Shown here: in pieces, positions 1 to 9,282 of the stretch
How positions within the stretch are numbered: position 1 is the first letter of the stretch
Layout: each line of letters begins with the position of its first letter
Assembly (NCBI GenBank): GCA_963811415.1
Contig: CAWERG010000007.1
Coordinates: forward strand, 182,173-246,172
DNA length: 64,000 bases
Reading direction: 5' to 3'
From: an uncultured Actinomycetes bacterium
GTDB taxonomy: Bacteria > Actinomycetota > Thermoleophilia > Gaiellales > Gaiellaceae
Position numbers and translations under genes: made by a program
Notes under the pieces: generated by a model
Database searches by the model: none
The model's input: the letters and a program-made list of their open reading frames with translations, nothing else
What the model was told of the DNA's origin: nothing

Positions 1-489
1 TTCCTCTCCGGCTACACGGCGAAGCTGGCGGGTACCGAGATCGGCGTGACCGAGCCGCAGGCGACGTTCTCGACCTGCTTCGGCTCCCCGTTCCTGCCGC
101 AGCCGCCGGCGGTCTACGCGCAGATGCTCGGCGAGAAGCTCGACGAGCACGGCTCCACGGTCTGGCTCGTCAACACGGGGTGGACGGGCGGGCAGTTCGG
201 CGTCGGCCATCGCATGCCGATCCAGGCCACGCGGCGTCTGCTCGCAGCGGCGCTCGCGGGAGAGCTCGACGACGTCGACTTCCGCACCGACGTCACCTTC
301 GGCTTCGCCGTCCCGGTTGCCGTTCCGGGGGTCGACGCAGCGCTCCTCGACCCGCGCTCGACGTGGCCGGATGCGGCTGCGTACGACTCGAAAGCTGCAG
401 AGCTTGCGGCCCTCTTCACCGAGAACTTCGAGAAGTTCGCGGTGGACGCAGGTCAGGCGATCGCTACGGCGGGGCCCGGGCCCGCCTGA
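1..489 (+). CDS. pckA: Phosphoenolpyruvate carboxykinase (ATP), C-terminal part (5' truncated by window)
   Basis: Frame open from base 1: [31 protein letters not shown]...[10 protein letters not shown]...LDPRSTW, typical of the PckA C-terminus. Confidence 0.95.
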   Translation, partial: FLSGYTAKLAGTEIGVTEPQATFSTCFGSPFLPQPPAVYAQMLGEKLDEHGSTVWLVNTGWTGGQFGVGHRMPIQATRRLLAAALAGELDDVDFRTDVTFGFAVPVAVPGVDAALLDPRSTWPDAAAYDSKAAELAALFTENFEKFAVDAGQAIATAGPGPA

Positions 490-530
490 GTCTGTCGCTC
501 GACCCACTGCGGATCCGAGACTTGCAGCGT

Positions 531-601
531 GTAGTGCCTGACTGAAGTCAGGCACGTGGACTATGGGGGCGGCCGTGTGCCTGACTTCAGTCAGGCACTA
601 C
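531..601. repeat. GTAG-type REP doublet (REPIN-like): two inverted 25-bp palindromic units
   Basis: GTAGTGCCTGACTGAAGTCAGGCAC (531-555) and its exact reverse complement (577-601); each unit is itself a hairpin. Confidence 0.85.
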
Positions 602-678
602 TCGTGCGTCCGCCGCGCCTCGCTGCGGGTGCTCGTTGAGCGCCCGCAACGGACACCCGATCAGGTAGCGTCATGCAC

Positions 679-2382
679 GTGGAGGTGATGCACGACGTAC
701 TCGTCGTCGGCGCGGGCTGCGCCGGGATGCGCGCGGCGATCGAGGCGCACGATCGTGGCGCGAACGTCGGTGTCGTCTCGAAGCTCCATCCGACCCGCAG
801 CCATTCGGGTGCGGCAGAAGGCGGGATCAACGCTGCGCTCGGCAACACGGCTGAAGACAGCCCGGAAACCCACGCATTCGACACGGTGAAGGGCTCCGAC
901 TATCTCGGCGACCAGGACGCAATCGAGATCTTCACGCGCGAGGCGCCGGACGACATCTACCAGCTCGAGCACTGGGGTGCCGTCTTCTCGCGGAACGACG
1001 AGGGCAAGCTCGCGCAGCGCCCGTTCGGGGCGGCCGGCTCGCCCCGCACCGTCTACGCAGCCGACATCACTGGCCACGTGCTCATCCACGTGCTCTACGA
1101 GCAGCTGATGAAGCGCATGGACGAGGGCCCGATTCACGTCTACGAGGAGTACTTCGCCTGGCGCCTCGTGATTGAGGACGGCAGGTGCACGGGGGTGATC
1201 TGCTGGGATCTGATGAACGGCGGCGTGAAGCTGATCACCGGCAAGTCGGTCATTCTCGCGACGGGTGGCGCCGGCCGGCTCTATCGCGCAACCACGAACG
1301 CGTACGCCTGCACGGGCGACGGAATGGCGATGGCGCTTCGTGTCGGCCTTCCGCTGAAGGACATGGAGTTCATGCAGTTCCACCCGACGACGATGTATCC
1401 GAGCGGGATCTTGATCACGGAGGGCTGCCGCGGTGAAGGCGGGTATTTGATCAACAAGGACGGCGAGCGCTTCATGAAGCGCTACGCGCCGAACGCGATG
1501 GAGCTCGCCTCGCGCGACGTCGTCTCTCGATCCGAGCAGACGGAGATCGACCAGGGCCGGGGCGTCAACGGGTCGATCTTCCTCGACCTTCGGCACCTCG
1601 GTGCGGAAAAGATCCTCACCCGCCTCCCCGGCTCGCGCGAGCTTGCGATGACGTATTCGGGCATCGATCCGATCTACGCCCCGATTCCGGTGCGGCCGGG
1701 CGCGCACTACCACATGGGTGGAGTCGAGACAGACGAGTGGGGCCTGACCGGGATCGACGGCCTTTATGCCGCGGGTGAGGTCGCCTGCGTGTCGGTGCAT
1801 GGGGCGAACCGCCTCGGCGGCAACTCCCTGATGGAGACGATCACCTTCGGCCGCCGGTCGGGTCTGCATGCAGCGGAAGCCGCACTCGGCGCTGGCACGT
1901 CGCAAAACGGCGCCGGAGAGGCCGCCCTACGCGACGCCGAGCGCGACGTGCAGTCGTTGCTCGACAACACCGATGGTGAGCGGCCCTGGAAGATCCGCGA
2001 CGAGCTCGGCGCCTCGATGCTCGAGAACTTCGGAGTCTTCCGCCAGGCCGAGAAGATGGAAAATCAGCTCGAGATCCTCGCGGGGCTTCGCGAGCGCTAC
2101 GAGCGCGGCGTCGTGATCGAAGACAAGGGCCAGGTCTTCAACAATGACCTGACGCAGGCGATCGAGCTCGGCTACCTACTCGACCTCGCCGCGTGCATGC
2201 TCCAGGCAGGGCTGGCCCGCCAGGAGAGTCGCGGTGCTCATTCGCGTCCCTACGACTTTCCGACGCGGGACGACGAGCAGTTCATGAAGCACTCGATCTC
2301 CCAGTGGAACGGCGACGGGCCCGCTCTCTCGTACAAAGAGGTTCGGACGACGAAATGGGAGCCAATGGAGCGGACGTACTGA
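679..2382 (+). CDS. sdhA: Succinate dehydrogenase/fumarate reductase flavoprotein subunit
   Basis: GAGCAG FAD motif, RSHSGAAEGG covalent-FAD His motif, QFHPT, HYHMGG, HGANRLGGNSL. Start GTG679 is 7 nt after TAGCGT; ATG673 and ATG688 are alternatives. Confidence 0.95.
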   Translation: MEVMHDVLVVGAGCAGMRAAIEAHDRGANVGVVSKLHPTRSHSGAAEGGINAALGNTAEDSPETHAFDTVKGSDYLGDQDAIEIFTREAPDDIYQLEHWGAVFSRNDEGKLAQRPFGAAGSPRTVYAADITGHVLIHVLYEQLMKRMDEGPIHVYEEYFAWRLVIEDGRCTGVICWDLMNGGVKLITGKSVILATGGAGRLYRATTNAYACTGDGMAMALRVGLPLKDMEFMQFHPTTMYPSGILITEGCRGEGGYLINKDGERFMKRYAPNAMELASRDVVSRSEQTEIDQGRGVNGSIFLDLRHLGAEKILTRLPGSRELAMTYSGIDPIYAPIPVRPGAHYHMGGVETDEWGLTGIDGLYAAGEVACVSVHGANRLGGNSLMETITFGRRSGLHAAEAALGAGTSQNGAGEAALRDAERDVQSLLDNTDGERPWKIRDELGASMLENFGVFRQAEKMENQLEILAGLRERYERGVVIEDKGQVFNNDLTQAIELGYLLDLAACMLQAGLARQESRGAHSRPYDFPTRDDEQFMKHSISQWNGDGPALSYKEVRTTKWEPMERTY

Positions 2383-2452
2383 TGCGGCATTCGCTGACGC
2401 GGCGCTCGCTGACACGACGCTCGCATTCGCGGCGCTCGACGAGGAGGACCAC

Positions 2453-3550
2453 GTGCAAGTAGGGCTGAAGATCTGGCGCTACGACGCCGCCACCGCGTCG
2501 AAGGCGTTACGTGAGTACGAGGTCGAGGTGGGCGACGAGGCGACGTTGCTCGACTGCCTCGATGCGGTGAAGGACCGTATCGATGGGTCGCTCGCCTACC
2601 GCAAGAGCTGCCGCATGATGATCTGTGGCTCCTGCGGAATGCGGATGGACGGCGGCGCCGTGCTCGCCTGCAAGACGCGCATGTACGACATCGCGCAGGC
2701 AGGCCACGTCCCGGTCATCTCAGCGATGGGCAACCTGCCCGTCGTCAAGGATCTCGTGGTCGACATGGATCCTTTCTGGGGCAAGCTGCGCGCCGTCGAT
2801 CCCTACCTCCGCCCCGGCTACGACCAGGCAACGGAGAAGGAAAACGTCGTCTCCGCCGGCAAGATGGAGGTTATCCACAAGGAGTCGCTCTGCATCCAGT
2901 GCGGGTGCTGCGTGTCCGAGTGCAACTCGATGGAATCGGATCCCGAGTTCCTCGGCCCGGCCGCGCTCGCGAAGGGCATGCGGTTCGTCGGCGATGCGCG
3001 CGACGCGACGACGGTCGAGCGGCTCGAGAAGTACTCCGAGGAGCACGGCCTGTGGGACTGCACGCGCTGCTACTTCTGCAACGAGCGTTGCCCGAAAGGC
3101 GTGGATCCGCGTGACGCGATCGCAAAGCTCGGGGCAGAGGCGATGAAGCACGGCATCGATCGCGACATGGGCGCGCGGCACGCGAAATGGTTCGTCGTCT
3201 CCGCAAAGACGACGGGGTGGCTGCGGGAGACCGAGCTGGTGCCGAAGACCCAGGGGGTGCTCGCCTCGATCAAGGAGATGAAGTTCGCGATGGGACTTGC
3301 CGTCAAGGGCAAGGTGCCGCCGCCGTTCCCGCCGCATGTCGCCGACAACATCGGCGAGTCGCGGGCTCTCTACGACATCGTCAAGTCCCAGGATCGCTCA
3401 GGCTCGCTCGGCATTGTGCAGGGTGAGAAAGCCCTCTCCCGCATCGAGCACCACCACGGCGTGCACGGGGATAGCGAGGGTCGCAACCCCTATGACTTCA
3501 TCCCGGAGCCGTTCGTGCCGGAGGTCGATACCGAGGAGGCGAAGGCGTGA
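2453..3550 (+). CDS. sdhB: Succinate dehydrogenase iron-sulfur subunit with C-terminal extension
   Basis: SCRMMICGSC (2Fe-2S), CIQCGCCVSEC and CTRCYFCNERCP ferredoxin motifs; GAGGAGG SD upstream. Confidence 0.93.
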   Translation: MQVGLKIWRYDAATASKALREYEVEVGDEATLLDCLDAVKDRIDGSLAYRKSCRMMICGSCGMRMDGGAVLACKTRMYDIAQAGHVPVISAMGNLPVVKDLVVDMDPFWGKLRAVDPYLRPGYDQATEKENVVSAGKMEVIHKESLCIQCGCCVSECNSMESDPEFLGPAALAKGMRFVGDARDATTVERLEKYSEEHGLWDCTRCYFCNERCPKGVDPRDAIAKLGAEAMKHGIDRDMGARHAKWFVVSAKTTGWLRETELVPKTQGVLASIKEMKFAMGLAVKGKVPPPFPPHVADNIGESRALYDIVKSQDRSGSLGIVQGEKALSRIEHHHGVHGDSEGRNPYDFIPEPFVPEVDTEEAKA

Positions 3551-4431
3551 AGAAGGTCGCGTACTACAAGGGGTGCCTCGCGTCGCTCTCGGCGAAGGAG
3601 CTCGACATCTCGACGCGCGCCCTCTCGCCGAAGGTCGGCCTCGAACTGATCGAGCTCGAGTCGGTCACGTGTTGTGGCGCCGGCGACATCCATGAGGCGG
3701 AGCCGGACTACTACCTCCACCTCAACGCCCGGATTCTCGCGTACGCGGAGTCGACCGGCTGCGACACGTTGATGACCGTCTGCAACGTCTGCACGCTCAA
3801 TCTCCGGCAGGCGAACTATCAGCTCCAGATCGACACCGATCTACGCGAACGAGTCAACGACAACCTCGTGAAGGTCGGCGTGCCGGCGTACAAAGGGACG
3901 GTCGAGGTCAAGCACTTTCTCTGGCTGGTGAGTGCCGGCGAGGGCTATGAGCTCCTGCAGGTGGCTGCGCACAAGGGATTGAAAGGGCTCAAGGTCGCTC
4001 CGTTCTATGGCTGCCAGATCCTGCGCCCCTCGAAGATCATGGGCTTCGAGGACCCGGACCGTCCGGAGTCGCTCGAGCGGATCATCTCCGCTTGCGGCGG
4101 CGAGGCGATCGACTACCCCGCGAAGGTGAAGTGCTGCGGGTTCCCGATCATCCAGGCGCGGGAGGAGACGGCGCTCGCGGAGCTGATCCAGCCGATCGAG
4201 CAGGCGAAGGAGGCTGGTGCCGATGTCATGGTGACCCCGTGCCCGCTCTGTCACCTGTCGCTCGACGCGTGGCAGTCGAAGCTGAAGAAGCAGACCGGGA
4301 AGGACTTCAACATGCCGATCCTGCACCTGTCGCAGCTGATCGGGGTGGCGGCCGGGCTCGAGTCGTCGGAGCTGAAGTTCAAGCGCCACGTCGTCTCGGT
4401 CGCTCCTGTCGTCGAGAAGCTCTCCGTCTGA
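3547..4431 (+). CDS. HdrB-like CCG-domain protein (SdhE-type subunit of type E SDH)
   Basis: Two YxGC...CCG...CxxC repeats (YYKGC/TCCGAG/CNVC; FYGC/KCCGFP/CPLC); GTGA overlap with sdhB. Confidence 0.9.
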   Translation: MKKVAYYKGCLASLSAKELDISTRALSPKVGLELIELESVTCCGAGDIHEAEPDYYLHLNARILAYAESTGCDTLMTVCNVCTLNLRQANYQLQIDTDLRERVNDNLVKVGVPAYKGTVEVKHFLWLVSAGEGYELLQVAAHKGLKGLKVAPFYGCQILRPSKIMGFEDPDRPESLERIISACGGEAIDYPAKVKCCGFPIIQAREETALAELIQPIEQAKEAGADVMVTPCPLCHLSLDAWQSKLKKQTGKDFNMPILHLSQLIGVAAGLESSELKFKRHVVSVAPVVEKLSV

Positions 4432-4440
4432 CGTCGCCCG

Positions 4441-4467
4441 CGCCAAGTAACAGAGTGTTACTTGGCG
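4441..4467. repeat. Perfect 12-bp-stem palindrome after the sdh operon (terminator or REP-like)
   Basis: CGCCAAGTAACA-gag-TGTTACTTGGCG. Confidence 0.7.
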
Positions 4468-4565
4468 AGACGGTGTGCGCTCGAGCTCGTGCGCGGTCGG
4501 TAGGGGATCAGAATGGGTAAGGCCCGACGTGTCGAGCGCAGCTCCTCGCTGCTCGCCGAGCAGCC

Positions 4566-5381
4566 TTGACCTGGCTCGTCTCAGGCGTCGTCCTCCTGTG
4601 CCTCGGTGCGCTCGCCTGGGGCTGGTACGAGGCGGGGTGGTTGCGCACGCGCATCCTCGAAGTCGAGTTGCCCGCGCTACCCGCGGCCCTCGACGGAATC
4701 CGGGTCGGTCATCTCTCCGACTTTCACCTCGGACCGCCATCGCGAGGTCGGCGCGCAACACGCAAAGCCGTCGAGTGGGTTGCCGCTCGAGCGCCCGACG
4801 TCGTCGTCGTGACGGGTGACCTCGTCTCGCATCCGAGGGGCCTGCCTGAGCTCCACCGTCTGCTCGCCCTGCTCGATCGCCCGCTCGTCGTCCTCGGGAA
4901 CCATGACGTTCGTGCGAGCCGCGACCCATTTTCCCGGCCCGGCGCTATCGGCGATCTTCCGGACGGGACGTTGCTCGAGGACGCGAGCGAGGTGCGGCAC
5001 CTTCGCGGCGTACGGGTTCAGATCTCCGGGCTCGACCCACGCAGCTATCCGCCCGGTGTCGAGGAGGCTTGCCGGCTGTCCGACGTGTCGGCGGAGCTAC
5101 GGATCCTGCTCTCCCACTTCCCCGGTATTGCGCGTCGGCTTCCGCCCGGCGTCTACGGTCTCGTGCTCGCCGGACATCTCCATGCCGGCCAGATCTGCAT
5201 TCCCTATCCAGGAGGCAGACTTCCCCTGGCGCACCCGACCGAGCGGGCCGTAGCGGGCCTCGTGCGTCTGCCGTCTACGGTCCTTCACGTCTCGCCGGGC
5301 ACGGGCACGACGTTCGTGCCGTTCCGCTTCTTCGCCCGTCCGGAGGTGACGGAGCTCGTCCTCCGAGCCCCGGCTCTGTGA
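4566..5381 (+). CDS. Membrane-anchored metallophosphoesterase (YkuE-like)
   Basis: N-terminal TM helix; SDFH, TGD, LGNHD, SH, AGHLHAGQ motifs; TTG start. Confidence 0.88.
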   Translation: MTWLVSGVVLLCLGALAWGWYEAGWLRTRILEVELPALPAALDGIRVGHLSDFHLGPPSRGRRATRKAVEWVAARAPDVVVVTGDLVSHPRGLPELHRLLALLDRPLVVLGNHDVRASRDPFSRPGAIGDLPDGTLLEDASEVRHLRGVRVQISGLDPRSYPPGVEEACRLSDVSAELRILLSHFPGIARRLPPGVYGLVLAGHLHAGQICIPYPGGRLPLAHPTERAVAGLVRLPSTVLHVSPGTGTTFVPFRFFARPEVTELVLRAPAL

Positions 5382-5383
5382 CA

Positions 5384-6013
5384 ATGCAGACGATGACCGT
5401 GCGCGTGATCGGGTTGACCGGTGCGACGATCGAACGGACACCTCTCGTCTGCCACGACTGCGTCTGGTGGCAGTCGCGCGGCAACCGGACGGCGGGCAAG
5501 GAGCGCTGGGCCGAGAAGGCTGAGGACGAGTGGGGCGAATGGGGCTCCATCTACGTCGACGACGACGGGCGCGTCCTCGGATCGATGCAGTACGGGCCGT
5601 CGGCCCTCTTCCCCCGCGCTGCCGACCTTCCGGCAGGGCCTCCGTCCGACGATGCGGTGCTCGTCACATGCGCGTATCTCGTCAAGGGCGCTGCGCGTTG
5701 GGTCGAGCAGTCGCTCTTTCTCGCAGCGATTGGGGAGGCGCGCGACCGTGGCATGCGCGGGCTGGAGGCCTTCGCGTACCGCTACCCCGAGGGCGAGACC
5801 GTGGAGAAGCGCTTCTTCGTCCACCGAACGGTCTTCCCACGCGACTTCCTCGACGAATTCGGCTTCACCACGGTCCGGACACAGGGGCGCGTCGAGCTTG
5901 CCCGGCTCGACCTCGGTGGTCTCGCACCCGTCGAGGAAGGGCGGCGCGCGAAGGTGCTCCGCGTCGTCCAGGACGCCTTCACGCCACCGCCGCTGCCGGT
6001 GCCGCCTCGTTAG
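5384..6013 (+). CDS. Conserved actinobacterial GNAT-like protein
   Basis: CHDCVWWQ, EWGEWG, MQYGP...FPRA, PPSDDAVLVTC, LEAFA pattern; start 5384 or 5393. Confidence 0.65.
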   Translation: MQTMTVRVIGLTGATIERTPLVCHDCVWWQSRGNRTAGKERWAEKAEDEWGEWGSIYVDDDGRVLGSMQYGPSALFPRAADLPAGPPSDDAVLVTCAYLVKGAARWVEQSLFLAAIGEARDRGMRGLEAFAYRYPEGETVEKRFFVHRTVFPRDFLDEFGFTTVRTQGRVELARLDLGGLAPVEEGRRAKVLRVVQDAFTPPPLPVPPR

Positions 6014-6029
6014 AGCGCTGGATGCGCGT

Positions 6030-6887
6030 CTAACGGCACGTGCCGGAGCCGCTGTCCTCGAAGGACGAGCCCGCGACGGCAAGGAAGCGCCAGTCGTAGC
6101 CAGTCCGACGCAAGGTGAGGCGAAGCACACCGAAGCTCGACCAGCTTCGCGCCTCGCTCTTCGGCCGGCGCAGAGGCAGGAGGATCGGGTAGTGGCTCTT
6201 ACCGCCGGTTCCGACGACGAACGACCTGATTCCCGAGATCGGGGCGAAACGCTCGTAGTCATGGTCGTGGCCGGCCAGCACGACGTCGGTCCTGGCGCGC
6301 GCGAGCGTCTGCCAGACGACTCCGAGCTCGCTGTCGGAGCCGTGCAGACCGGAGCTCCAGCGGGGATGATGCCAGTAGGCAAGTGTGCAGCGCGCGGGAT
6401 GGGTGACAAGGTCGTTCTCGAGCCAGTGCACCTGCACCGATTCGCGGCCGCACCCGCCGACTAGCGCGCAGTTCGAGTTGAGCACGACGATGTGCCAGGC
6501 TCCGAGGCCGTAGCTATACCAGCCGTCGGCCGGGAGGCCGAAGTAGGCGATCGCGCTCCTGGCGTTGCCCGTCCCGTACTCGTGGTTGCCGAGAGCCGCG
6601 CGAGTCCGAGCGAGGAAGCGGCCCCAGCTCGGCTGGTAGCAGTCGTGAAGCTCTGTGGCCGTTCCGCTGTCGTAGACGAGGTCGCCCAGCGCAGCGATCG
6701 TTCCCGGTGTCCGCGCGAGGATCCTCGCGGTCGCCTCGTCGCCGGTCGATCCGCACGAGGCGATGTCGCCGGCGGCGAGAAGTGTCGACGAAGGCTGCAC
6801 GGCGTGCATGGCCCCGGGGACAGGCAGAGCCGCTGCGAGCGCCACGGCTCCCACGGCGATCGCTCCGAGGAGAGCTCGCATGCGCAC
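6030..6887 (-). CDS. Secreted metallophosphoesterase (purple acid phosphatase-like)
   Basis: Signal peptide; AGDIA, LGDLVY, GNHEY, WHHP, GHDHDYERF, VGTGG. Confidence 0.88.
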   Translation of the reverse strand: MRMRALLGAIAVGAVALAAALPVPGAMHAVQPSSTLLAAGDIASCGSTGDEATARILARTPGTIAALGDLVYDSGTATELHDCYQPSWGRFLARTRAALGNHEYGTGNARSAIAYFGLPADGWYSYGLGAWHIVVLNSNCALVGGCGRESVQVHWLENDLVTHPARCTLAYWHHPRWSSGLHGSDSELGVVWQTLARARTDVVLAGHDHDYERFAPISGIRSFVVGTGGKSHYPILLPLRRPKSEARSWSSFGVLRLTLRRTGYDWRFLAVAGSSFEDSGSGTCR

Positions 6888-6928
6888 GGCTCGCAGGGGC
6901 GGCGCCTAGGCCTGACCTCGAGCGCGCA

Positions 6929-7888
6929 TCAGGCGGTGACGCGATCGAGCACGAGCTCTGCGATCTGGATCGCATTGAGGGCGGCGCCCTTGCGCAGGTT
7001 GTCGCTCGCGAGAAACAACGCGAGGCCGTTCTCGACCGCCGTATCCTTGCGGATCCGTCCCACGAGGATCTCGTCCGCACCCGCCGCAGCGCTCGGCGTC
7101 GGGAACGACGGCAGGTCGAGCACACGAATGCTGGGCGCGTCTCGGAGCAGCGCCGCAGCCTCGACCGAAGCGAGCGGCTGCTCCAGCTCGACCCATACCG
7201 CTTCGCAATGGCTCACGAGCACGGGAACGCGCACGCACGTCGCGCTGATCGGCAACGTGGGAAGCTCCATGATCTTCCGGGTCTCCGCGCGGAGCTTCGC
7301 CTCCTCGTCCGAGTCGTCTCCTTCCCAGGACCAGTCCATCACGAGGTTGTGCTCGACCACGGGCTCGGCACGCAGCTGATCCATCCGCTGCGCGCCCGCG
7401 CCCGACACGGATTGATAGGTGGCCACGCGAACGCGGCGCAGGCCGGCCGCCTCGTGCAACGGCTTCAGCACGCACGTGAGAGGGATCGTGCAGCAGTTCG
7501 GGTTCGCGATGATGCCGTCGCGCTCGAGTGCCTCGAGTGCCCTGCCGGGGTTGACCTCGGGAACTACGAGCGGGTAGCCGTCGACCAGGCGGTATGCCGA
7601 CGACTTGTCGACGCAGACGGCGCCCGAGGCCGCTGCGGGAGGGACGAGGGCCTTGCTCGCAGATGTTCCTACCGAGAACAGGAAGAGGTCGACATCTCCT
7701 GCTCCGAGAGCATCGACGGTTGCCTCCTCCACGGTGATCTCGCGGTCGCCGAACGGAAGCAGCGTTCCGGCAGAGCGCGCCGACGCAAACGCTCGAACGT
7801 CGTCGTAGCCACGCTCAGCCAGGAGCTGCAGGGTGATGGTGCCGACGGCGCCCGTCGCTCCGACGACGCCGATCCTCGGATCAGCCAT
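6929..7888 (-). CDS. asd: Aspartate-semialdehyde dehydrogenase
   Basis: VGATGAVG, PLVVPEVN, IANPNCCT, TYQSVSGAG, TCVRVPV, DNLRKGAALNAIQIAE. Confidence 0.96.
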   Translation of the reverse strand: MADPRIGVVGATGAVGTITLQLLAERGYDDVRAFASARSAGTLLPFGDREITVEEATVDALGAGDVDLFLFSVGTSASKALVPPAAASGAVCVDKSSAYRLVDGYPLVVPEVNPGRALEALERDGIIANPNCCTIPLTCVLKPLHEAAGLRRVRVATYQSVSGAGAQRMDQLRAEPVVEHNLVMDWSWEGDDSDEEAKLRAETRKIMELPTLPISATCVRVPVLVSHCEAVWVELEQPLASVEAAALLRDAPSIRVLDLPSFPTPSAAAGADEILVGRIRKDTAVENGLALFLASDNLRKGAALNAIQIAELVLDRVTA

Positions 7889-8336
7889 TGACGACGACCT
7901 CCGATCGGTCGAGCTCGAAGGCGTCGTGCAGCGCGATCACGGCCCGCTCGACGTCGCGCCTCGGGATGTGACACGCGATCTTGATCGGCGACGTCGAGAT
8001 CGCTCGCGGCTCGATCGCGACGGACTCGAGCGTTCCAAGCGCACGCGCCGCGATGCCCGGATGGCTCTTCATACCGGCGCCGATCACACTCACCTTGCCG
8101 AGATCGCTCTCGGCGCTCCAGCGAGCGCCAACGGCCTCGAGCGCCCGCTCGGTCTGAGCGTCGTCCGCGTCCGGGGCGGAGAAGACGATCTCCCGACCGG
8201 TTTTAAGGATGGTGTCGACGTTGACCTGGGCTTCGGCGAGCGCGGCGAACAAGGTCGCTGCGCGCACGCCTTCGACACGGTAGAGGGTCTCCTCGAGCGT
8301 GTGCACCACGCCCGAGATTCTCGCTTGCTCGAGCAT
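7881..8336 (-). CDS. Aspartate kinase beta subunit from in-frame internal start
   Basis: Internal GAGGAGG-8nt-ATG giving MLEQARISGV, at the position of the known lysC-beta start of alpha2beta2 aspartokinases. Confidence 0.65.
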   Translation of the reverse strand: MLEQARISGVVHTLEETLYRVEGVRAATLFAALAEAQVNVDTILKTGREIVFSAPDADDAQTERALEAVGARWSAESDLGKVSVIGAGMKSHPGIAARALGTLESVAIEPRAISTSPIKIACHIPRRDVERAVIALHDAFELDRSEVVVNG

Positions 8337-9131
8337 TCTCTCGTCCTCCTCGATGATCCACGTGCCCTCGGCGGCCGAGAAGGCCGACCTGACGTGGAGC
8401 GCGACTCCATGGTTGCGAGAGAACTCGACCGAACGCAACTGCAGCACGCGCGCGCCGGAAGCCGCCATCTCGAGCATCTCTTCGTAGGTGACCGCGTCGA
8501 GCTTGCGCGCGCGTGGCACCAGCCTCGGATCGGCCGTGAACACACCGTCGACGTCGGTGTAGATCTCGCACGCGCGGGCCCCGAGCGCCGCTGCGAGCGC
8601 GACAGCGGTCGTATCCGAGCCACCTCGGCCGAGCGTCGTCACCTCCGCGTCCGTCGAGACTCCCTGGAAGCCGGCGACTAGCACGATCTTCGACTCGTCG
8701 AGAGCGTTGTTGATCCGCTCCGCACGCACCTCGACGATCTTTGCCTTGCCGTGCACCGTGTCCGTCACGATGCCTGCCTGCGAGCCGGTCAGGGAGACCG
8801 CGTCGTGGCCCTGCTCGATCAGCGTCATTGCCGCAAGAGCGCATGAGATCCGCTCGCCGGTCGACATGAGCATGTCGAGCTCGCGCGCATGCGGCGCGGG
8901 AGACACCTGCCGGGCCAGATCGAGCAGGGCGTCGGTCGTGCGACCCATGGCCGAGAGCACGCCAACCACGCGCTGCCCTCGATCGTGCGCGGCCGCGAGG
9001 CGCGCGGCCACTCGCACGATCCGCTCGGGATCGGCGACCGACGTGCCGCCGAACTTCATCACGATGAGGTTGTCGCTCCGCGGCGAAGATGCCCGGGCGT
9101 TTGTCGTGCTCGTGGCACGGGACGCGACCAT
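7881..9131 (-). CDS. lysC: Aspartate kinase (alpha subunit)
   Basis: VMKFGGTSV, TLGRGGSDTTA, TDVDGVFTADPR, ACT region GAGMKSHPG; ATG9131 is 6 nt after TACACT. Confidence 0.96.
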   Translation of the reverse strand: MVASRATSTTNARASSPRSDNLIVMKFGGTSVADPERIVRVAARLAAAHDRGQRVVGVLSAMGRTTDALLDLARQVSPAPHARELDMLMSTGERISCALAAMTLIEQGHDAVSLTGSQAGIVTDTVHGKAKIVEVRAERINNALDESKIVLVAGFQGVSTDAEVTTLGRGGSDTTAVALAAALGARACEIYTDVDGVFTADPRLVPRARKLDAVTYEEMLEMAASGARVLQLRSVEFSRNHGVALHVRSAFSAAEGTWIIEEDERMLEQARISGVVHTLEETLYRVEGVRAATLFAALAEAQVNVDTILKTGREIVFSAPDADDAQTERALEAVGARWSAESDLGKVSVIGAGMKSHPGIAARALGTLESVAIEPRAISTSPIKIACHIPRRDVERAVIALHDAFELDRSEVVVNG

Positions 9132-9252
9132 CGACGCAGTGTACGGACGCTACAGCTGTCGTTGCCCTGATCGCGTGTGGATCGGGCTACGAGCCGTGGA
9201 CGATCGTAACTAGCGATGGGCCTGATGGCGGGTTGGTCGGTGGGCCGGTGGG

Positions 9253-9282
9253 GCGACGGTACGGCTCGCGACGGTACGGCTC
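9253..9282. repeat. Perfect 15-bp tandem duplication
   Basis: GCGACGGTACGGCTC x2 in the recR-lysC spacer. Confidence 0.8.

Noticed and set aside
531-601. CRISPR array
   Set aside because: Only two units in inverted orientation, no spacer series, no cas genes
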